From a bacterium (lineage in GTDB: Bacteria; JADJOY01), in the NCBI GenBank assembly GCA_046331705.1, contig JAXLQJ010000001.1, positions 1 through 64,000 of the forward strand: 64,000 bases of DNA, written 5' to 3'. Below, one piece after another: positions 57,995-64,000 of the stretch (the stretch's first letter is position 1; each line of letters starts with the position of its first letter). Both the position numbers and the translations under genes were made by a program. Under the pieces are notes generated by a model, which was given only the letters and a program-made list of their open reading frames with translations, was not told where the DNA came from and did not search any database.

Positions 57995-58836
57995 GCCGAT
58001 CGCGCGAATGGGCTCTCGCCGCCACGCTCGGCTGGGCGCTCGCCCCGGCAGCGAGCGCAGGAGATCCGCTCGGCGATGCGCTGGTCACGAAGTTCGCGAG
58101 CTGCTTCGAGGCGCAAGGCGGCACGCTCACCGAAGACGACCGTGCGGTGCTGGCGGCCAGCAGCTCCGATCTGGCTCGAGTGGCCAGCACCGCCGTGGAC
58201 GGCGTTCCGTGCTCCGGCGAGCTCCCCCAGGGCAGCGCGCCTCCCAGCGTCGAGGCCTGCGTGGCGGCGGTCGAGGCCCTTTCCTGCGACGGTTTCGCGG
58301 GCGATCTCACGAAAGCGAACGCAAGCCTGTCGGCGCTGCCACCGCCGCCCGAGTGGGCCACGGCGTACGCGCAGGCGCTCATGGGGCGAACCCTCGACTG
58401 CTACGCGGCGGAGGCCGGCTCGGCCCCGACACCCGATCAGCGCGCGCAGCTCGATGGCTTCGGTGCCGAGCTGGCCTCGGGTGTCGGCGCCGCGACCAGC
58501 GGCGGCGCGTGCACCATCCACACCGACGCTCTCGCGACCTGCACCGAGTGGCTCCGCGGGCGCGCTTGCGACGCCCTGCTGGGCGACCTCGCGACCCTCC
58601 TCGGGCAGGGTTCGTCCGAAGGCCCGACCGCGGCGAGCACCACCTCGGCGGACGGCATCGACGTGGAGAGCGCCGACGAAGCGGCCCTCGACCAGCGCTT
58701 GGCAGCGGCGCAGGCCGAGCGCCAAGCCACGTCGTCCCAGCTCATCGGCCCCTGCGCCGCGTTGATCGACTGCTCCACCGATCTGGACGCGACACTCGAC
58801 GCCCAGCCCGCGCCGGAAACGAACGCCGAGCCCTGA
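57991..58836 (+). CDS. Secreted Cys-rich hypothetical protein with an internal duplication
   Basis: Signal peptide ASA|G; 10 Cys; two similar helical modules. Confidence 0.7.
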   Translation: MSRSREWALAATLGWALAPAASAGDPLGDALVTKFASCFEAQGGTLTEDDRAVLAASSSDLARVASTAVDGVPCSGELPQGSAPPSVEACVAAVEALSCDGFAGDLTKANASLSALPPPPEWATAYAQALMGRTLDCYAAEAGSAPTPDQRAQLDGFGAELASGVGAATSGGACTIHTDALATCTEWLRGRACDALLGDLATLLGQGSSEGPTAASTTSADGIDVESADEAALDQRLAAAQAERQATSSQLIGPCAALIDCSTDLDATLDAQPAPETNAEP

Positions 58837-58925
58837 CGGAGCGGAACCCGCCCGCGGGCCGCCGCCCTCGCGCCCCCCGATCCGACGGCGCCTTTCCGAT
58901 GGCGTGACGAACCCATCCGGGCTTG

Positions 58926-58940
58926 CCAGTCTTAGACTGG
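58926..58940. promoter_or_regulatory. Perfect palindrome, candidate operator
   Basis: CCAGTCT-T-AGACTGG ends 36 bp before the ATG at 58977 and contains a -10-like TAGACT. Confidence 0.45.
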
Positions 58941-58976
58941 TTCCGGAAACGCTCGACGCACGACACGGAGCCCGCC

Positions 58977-59567
58977 ATGTCCTGGGAGGTCGCGCTTTTC
59001 TCGGCCACGCTCTCGCGGCCGATGAAGATCATGACGTACGCGCTCGGCTACGGCGTGGGCATCGTGCTGCCTGCGATCATCGGCGTGAACATGGCGCGCA
59101 CCAGCAGTCAGGCCTGGCCGCTCTTGATTCCCCTGGCGACCGCCGCGCTGCTGATCGTGTCCTCGCTCTTTCGCCCGTTGCGTTACGCGATCGACGCCGA
59201 CGAGATCCGCGTCGAGCGCCCGATCGGCCCGATTCGCGTCCCCTTCGACCGAATCGAGTCGGTCGCCGACGCCACGCCTTTGCTCGCCGCGCGCATCATC
59301 GGCATCTTCCGCGTGGGCGGCTTCTACGGCACCTACGGCCGATTCCGGAACTCGACGCTCGGCCTCTTCGACCTCTACTTCACCGGCGAGCCGCAGATGC
59401 TCGCGATCCGTCGCCGCGGGACGCGGCCGCTGGTGATCGGCCCCGACGAGCCACGCCGCTTCGCCGAGACGCTCGAGCAACGTGCCCGCGCGCGCGGCTT
59501 CCGTTTCCCCGTCGGACGGCCGGCGCACCCTGCGGCGAGCGAGGAGGGCGGATGTTCCGCCACGTGA
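58977..59567 (+). CDS. Bacterial PH-domain membrane protein
   Basis: Two TM helices, then PLRYAID, RVGGFYGTYGRF, LVIGPDEPRRF. Confidence 0.8.
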   Translation: MSWEVALFSATLSRPMKIMTYALGYGVGIVLPAIIGVNMARTSSQAWPLLIPLATAALLIVSSLFRPLRYAIDADEIRVERPIGPIRVPFDRIESVADATPLLAARIIGIFRVGGFYGTYGRFRNSTLGLFDLYFTGEPQMLAIRRRGTRPLVIGPDEPRRFAETLEQRARARGFRFPVGRPAHPAASEEGGCSAT

Positions 59568-59854
59568 TCCTGCTGCGGTTTCGCGACGACACCACCGAGG
59601 CCGCGCGGCGTGCGTTGCACGAGGCGCTCGCCGGGCTGCCGGCGGCGATCCCCGAGATCCGCTCCTACCGTTTCGGCGACGACGCGCTGCGGATCGGCGG
59701 CAACTGGGACTTCGCGCTGGTCGCCGAGTTCGATTCCGTCGACGGCTATCAGGCCTATCGGACCCATCCCGCGCACCTGGCGGTGATCGAGAGCTACATC
59801 AAGCCGATCCTGAAGGAGCGCGCTGCGGTGCAATTCGACGCGGCGGGCGAATGA
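59552..59854 (+). CDS. Dabb family (stress-responsive A/B barrel) protein
   Basis: MFRHVILLRF, LPAAIPEI, DFALVAEF, YRTHPAH; GAGGAGG RBS. Confidence 0.92.
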   Translation: MFRHVILLRFRDDTTEAARRALHEALAGLPAAIPEIRSYRFGDDALRIGGNWDFALVAEFDSVDGYQAYRTHPAHLAVIESYIKPILKERAAVQFDAAGE

Positions 59855-61284
59855 CGGACGCCACTCGGACCCACGTCGCGGTCCGGGGCCGCGTCGTTGG
59901 GCTCGTCGCGCTGGGAATCGTCGTCTCGAGCCTCTCGCGCGCCGCGAACGCCGCCGGCGAGATGCCCGTGAACACGCCCACCGCGGCGTGCCTCGCCGAC
60001 GGCCAAGTCGAGGACATCTTGCTCGTGGACGGCATCGCCTACCTCGCGGGCCGGTTCACTCACGTCCGACCACCCGGTGCGGCGAGCGGTGGACCGGAGG
60101 AAAGGCCGCGCCAATTCTTCGCCGCGTGCGACGCCGCGACTGGCGCGGTCCTCGACTGGGACCCGCACGTCACCTGTGACGCCGGCACGTTTCCCTCCTG
60201 CGCCAGCAACCCGCGCGGCCAGACCCTGGCGCTCTCCGCCGATCGCCAGTCGATCTACCTGGGCGGCAAGTTTCGCGCGGTGGGCGGTTCGGCACGTCGT
60301 CACGCGGCGCGCGTGAGCCGCGCCAGCGCCGCTCTCGATTCGAGCTGGCTTCCCGAGCCCAACGACCGCGTGCAGCGAATCGTGGTGGCGCCCGACGGTG
60401 CCCGCGTCTACGTCGCGGGCAACTTCACGCAGGCCGGCGGCTGCGCGCCGGCGCCCTGCCACGCGTACCTCGCCGCCGTCGATCCGACCAGCGGCACCGC
60501 GATCACGGCGTTCGATCCCACGATCTCGTCGGCTGGTGGCGGGTTCGCGACCGTCTACGCGCTCGCGTTCTCCGGCGACGGCGCGACGATCTACCTCGGT
60601 GGCCAGTTCGACGAGGTCGACGGGGCCACGCGCTCGAGTGCCGCGGCGATCGATGCCGCCACCGGTACCGTGGCCACGGCATTCGCGCCGGCGCTCGCCG
60701 ACACCAATCCCAGCGACCCGGACGTCCAGATCCACGACGTGATCGTCGATCGCGACTGGGTCTACCTCTGCGGGGACTGGTGGCTGACCGATGGGCTGGG
60801 CGACCAGCAGAATCAGCGCAACGTGAACCGCTTCACGGCGGCGAACGGCACCGTCGACCCCGACTTCTGGATCGCCACCGACGGCGGCGTGCAAGCGTGC
60901 GCCCTCGACCTCGATCTCGGCGTGCTCTTCGTGGGTGGCCACTTCGATTGCGTGCGCGCGTGGGTGGACTCGACGACGCCGCTCGACCCGAATCCCTCCC
61001 CCTGCGGCACCGACCCGCTCTTCGTGGGTACGTTCCAGCGCGATCTGTTCGCGCTGACCATCGCCGACGGCACGCTCCTGCCGTGGAACCCGGACACCGG
61101 CGGCGTCGCGGGAACGTGGGCGATGGCGCGCGGCGAGGGCCGCCTCCTCGTGGGCGGCGAGCTCACCTGGCCACGCACGGGAACGGCGACGCACCAGAGC
61201 TTGCTCGCCTTCGACGTGCCACTGTTCGCCGACGATTTCGAGCGCGGCGACACCGCGCGCTGGTCTGCTACCACGCCCCCGTGA
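59851..61284 (+). CDS. Secreted beta-propeller protein with a C-terminal FADDFE-GD motif
   Basis: Repeated IYLGG.F / VYVAGNF / LFVGGHF blades with A.D..TG...W/F.P; signal peptide; ATGA overlap. Confidence 0.8.
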   Translation: MTDATRTHVAVRGRVVGLVALGIVVSSLSRAANAAGEMPVNTPTAACLADGQVEDILLVDGIAYLAGRFTHVRPPGAASGGPEERPRQFFAACDAATGAVLDWDPHVTCDAGTFPSCASNPRGQTLALSADRQSIYLGGKFRAVGGSARRHAARVSRASAALDSSWLPEPNDRVQRIVVAPDGARVYVAGNFTQAGGCAPAPCHAYLAAVDPTSGTAITAFDPTISSAGGGFATVYALAFSGDGATIYLGGQFDEVDGATRSSAAAIDAATGTVATAFAPALADTNPSDPDVQIHDVIVDRDWVYLCGDWWLTDGLGDQQNQRNVNRFTAANGTVDPDFWIATDGGVQACALDLDLGVLFVGGHFDCVRAWVDSTTPLDPNPSPCGTDPLFVGTFQRDLFALTIADGTLLPWNPDTGGVAGTWAMARGEGRLLVGGELTWPRTGTATHQSLLAFDVPLFADDFERGDTARWSATTPP

Positions 61285-61330
61285 CGGAAACGTCCGCAGC
61301 AGCCGCCGCGCCTCGTGGACTCGAGGATCG

Positions 61331-61804
61331 TCAACGGCGGCTGTAGCGATCGAGGCGTGGACTGAGCTTCAGGGCGAGATCCGTGAAGGTCACCTGGGTC
61401 TCGCGATCCCGCCAGAACTCGATCCGGTGGATCCAGCGGCCGTGGTCGTCACGATCGATCTCGTCGTGGAGCGCGTCGGTTCTGTAGGGTGCTCGCGTCG
61501 CGAGGCGCTCGAGCTTCGTTACCGTCGTGCCGGGAAACCAGACACCTCGAAATCCGAGATCGAGATCGTAGTAGCCCACCTGGTTCCAGCCGCAGCGGAT
61601 CCGCAGATGCGCCGTCTTGCGAGCGCGATCCATCACGAAACGCCTCACGAGACCGTCGTGAATGCTCACGACTCGGATCAAGGTGCAGAGCGCGAGCGGC
61701 ATGGGGCTCTCTCGCGCCCAGGCTCTGAGCTGTGCCTGGTAGTCCTGCTCGGCTTGCTCCCGCTCGCCATCCCGCTTGCCATACCAGCGGAGCGGAAACC
61801 TCAT
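61331..61804 (-). CDS. Hypothetical protein (possibly DUF4085-like)
   Basis: ATGA overlap with the upstream gene; SIHDG, LHDEID, HRIEFW motifs. Confidence 0.6.
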   Translation of the reverse strand: MRFPLRWYGKRDGEREQAEQDYQAQLRAWARESPMPLALCTLIRVVSIHDGLVRRFVMDRARKTAHLRIRCGWNQVGYYDLDLGFRGVWFPGTTVTKLERLATRAPYRTDALHDEIDRDDHGRWIHRIEFWRDRETQVTFTDLALKLSPRLDRYSRR

Positions 61805-62421
61805 GTCGGCTCTTCTCCCGAGCGACGGAACACCAGCGTGAAGTTGTTGGCGGGCATGGGGATCGTCTCGGCGAGCGCGAAGCCGGCGGCGTTCGCGGCG
61901 CGCTCCACGTCTTCGAGGTGGCGCACGCCCCACTCGGGATTGCGCGCGCGCAGGCTCTCGTCGAACGCGGCGTTGCTGGGTGCGGTGGGATTTCCGCCGA
62001 CGTGGTACGGGCCGTAGAGGACCAGCGGCGCGCCGCTCGGCAGCACGCGCGCGGCGCCGGCGAGCAGCGCGAGTGTCGCCGTCCACGGCGAGATGTGGAC
62101 CATGTTGATGCACACGATCGCGTCCGCGGCGTCGATGGGCCAGGTCTTGGCGCGCACGTCGAGCTCGCGCGGCGCGCGCAGATTCGGGAGAGCCTCGCTC
62201 TCGCGCCACGCGGCGATGCTGGCGCGTGACTCGGCGTCGGGGTCGCTGGGTTGCCAGACGATCCCCAGCAGGTGCCGCGCGAAGTGAACCGCGTGCTCGC
62301 CCGTGCCGCTCGCGATCTCGAGCACGAGCCCCTCTGTCGGCAGCACGCGCCGCAGCACGTCGAGGATCGGATCGCGATTTCGCGCCGTCGCCGGAGCGCG
62401 GAGGCGAGCGTCGCGCGGCAT
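61801..62421 (-). CDS. DUF938 family SAM-dependent methyltransferase
   Basis: APATARNRDPIL, LEIASGTGEH, WQPSD, INMVHISPW, YGPY, SNAAFDESL, MPANN. Confidence 0.93.
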   Translation of the reverse strand: MPRDARLRAPATARNRDPILDVLRRVLPTEGLVLEIASGTGEHAVHFARHLLGIVWQPSDPDAESRASIAAWRESEALPNLRAPRELDVRAKTWPIDAADAIVCINMVHISPWTATLALLAGAARVLPSGAPLVLYGPYHVGGNPTAPSNAAFDESLRARNPEWGVRHLEDVERAANAAGFALAETIPMPANNFTLVFRRSGEEPT

Positions 62422-63998
62422 CACAGCCCCTCGAGCCCCGCGCCTTCCCAGAGGCGCGCCGAGGTTTCCGCCACCAAGTCGATGACGCCGAGCCCGAGGC
62501 TCGTGACACCGGTGATCGCGACGCTCCCGTCCGCGTTCACGGCGAGATCGCCGACCGGCTCGGTGAGATGCGAGAGCGAGAGAAAAGCACCGTCGCGGAG
62601 ATCGATGCCGTAGAGGCCCTGCCCGCTCGCCAGCACGAGCAAATCCTGGCGCGGATCGAGCGTCATCGCGTTGGATCCGAAGGCATCGAGCACGGTGAGG
62701 CCATGGCCGGCGATCGGTGCCGCATAAAGGCGATCGCCGAGGATGTAGGCGGTCGAGCAATCGCGGCTCATCACCAGCCGGCCGTTTCCGGGGCCGGCCA
62801 TGAACGTCTGCGCGGCGTCCGAGGTCGGGCCGAGCGTGCGCACCCGCACGAGCGCGCGATCGCGCAGCTCGTAGAGCACGTCGGCGGTCTCGATGCCGTC
62901 CGCGGACCACTCCGTGCCGAGCGCGAAGAGTCGCCCCGCTTCACAGCTGCTCACGTCGGAGACGTGCGTCCGGTCCGCCGTGATGCCCTTGGTGATGCGC
63001 CCCGTGGCGACCTCGAGGGCGTCCACCCGCGCATCGCCGAGGCGATACGGCGGGAAGTACGAGAAGCCCGTCGGCGACACCGTGAGCCAGAGCGTCGCGC
63101 CGCCGGCCGCCGAAGTGAACGCGGAAACCGGCTCTCCGAACGCGCTGCCTCCGGGAAGCAGATCCTCGAACGCTCCAGTGCCGAGATCGACGCGAAACGG
63201 ACCCCGCGAGGCGTTGGGGCCGCCGAAGACGAACGCCGAGCCTGGGCGATCCCCTTGGGCGACGTGACTGATGCCCGCGCCGCCTTCGGCGATGCGCCGC
63301 GCTTCCCGCGTCGCGGTGTCGTACTGAAAGACTCCCGATGGCGTTCCGAACCACACGCTCGTGCAATCGCCCACTGCGGTCGCGGGGCCACCGGGTGCGC
63401 GCAGCTCGGAGATCGCCGTGGTGGTGTCGAAGGAGTCGAGCCGGTCGAGGGTCGTCGGATCGAACGCGTCGTAGAGCACCGTCGCGTACGTGCCCTCCGC
63501 GGTCGCCCCCGAGAAGGACTCGTGCGCCCGGAAGAGACGCGTGCCACCACAACCGATGGCCAGAGCTTCCTGCCGATACCCCACGCTCTGAACGATCGTC
63601 TCCTCGGTTTCCCGCTCGCAGCGGCTCAGATTCGCGTAGGAACCGGTGTGTGGACCCGGGCCGATCACCGCCTGCTGGTACGTCGCGCGGCCCGAGGGAT
63701 CGATCAGCGCGGCAGGGAAGTCCGCGCAGCCATCGAGCCGCTCGCGACCGCCGTCGGCGAAGTCGATGCGATCCACACCGTCGCGCCAGGTGAAAGCACC
63801 CGCGCCCGCGGAATCGACGAAGAAGCCGCTGCCGGCGAAGCCGCGCTCGAGCACGAGCTGCCACTCGCTGCGCGCCGCCCCGAAGCGGTAGACGGCGCCG
63901 CTCAGCACCGGCTCCCCATACGGCGGTTGGGGCTCACCAGCATGTCCGACGACGGCGAACGCACCACCGCCGATCGGATCGGCCTCGACGGCCTCGAC
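62421..63998 (-). CDS. Beta-propeller-like hypothetical protein, 5'-truncated by the window edge
   Basis: The frame stays open to the window end; repeated blade-like segments; stop overlaps the DUF938 start (TGATG). Confidence 0.65.
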   Translation of the reverse strand, partial: VEAVEADPIGGGAFAVVGHAGEPQPPYGEPVLSGAVYRFGAARSEWQLVLERGFAGSGFFVDSAGAGAFTWRDGVDRIDFADGGRERLDGCADFPAALIDPSGRATYQQAVIGPGPHTGSYANLSRCERETEETIVQSVGYRQEALAIGCGGTRLFRAHESFSGATAEGTYATVLYDAFDPTTLDRLDSFDTTTAISELRAPGGPATAVGDCTSVWFGTPSGVFQYDTATREARRIAEGGAGISHVAQGDRPGSAFVFGGPNASRGPFRVDLGTGAFEDLLPGGSAFGEPVSAFTSAAGGATLWLTVSPTGFSYFPPYRLGDARVDALEVATGRITKGITADRTHVSDVSSCEAGRLFALGTEWSADGIETADVLYELRDRALVRVRTLGPTSDAAQTFMAGPGNGRLVMSRDCSTAYILGDRLYAAPIAGHGLTVLDAFGSNAMTLDPRQDLLVLASGQGLYGIDLRDGAFLSLSHLTEPVGDLAVNADGSVAITGVTSLGLGVIDLVAETSARLWEGAGLEGL

Positions 63999-64000
63999 CG

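Overview
A gene-dense, very GC-rich (roughly 70% by eye) bacterial chromosomal window with about 53 protein-coding genes, two of them cut by the window edges. I found no rRNA, tRNA, CRISPR array, transposase, integrase or phage genes. The gene content suggests a diderm deltaproteobacterial-type organism (Myxococcota/Binatia-like), but this is an inference only. Main themes: secreted and lipoprotein hydrolases (M4 protease, two GH5 endoglycoceramidase-like paralogues, several alpha/beta hydrolases with an outer-membrane barrel); transport (MacB/FtsX-type ABC exporter, DppBC permeases, MATE, TorF-like porin); signalling (FIST plus hybrid kinase, a multi-PAS protein with no recognisable output domain); and uncharacterised envelope clusters. 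Most unusual: (1) a nitrosocyanin-like cupredoxin with an altered ligand set, coupled to a stand-alone protease-prodomain-like lipoprotein; (2) a non-acylating aldehyde dehydrogenase fused to an Fe-alcohol dehydrogenase, which is not AdhE; (3) a ~155-bp structured tandem repeat between convergent genes; (4) a DUF799/beta-helix lipoprotein, transglutaminase, FlgT-N, MgtC envelope cluster; (5) two sigma54-type promoters. All family calls come from motif recognition by eye, not from database searches.
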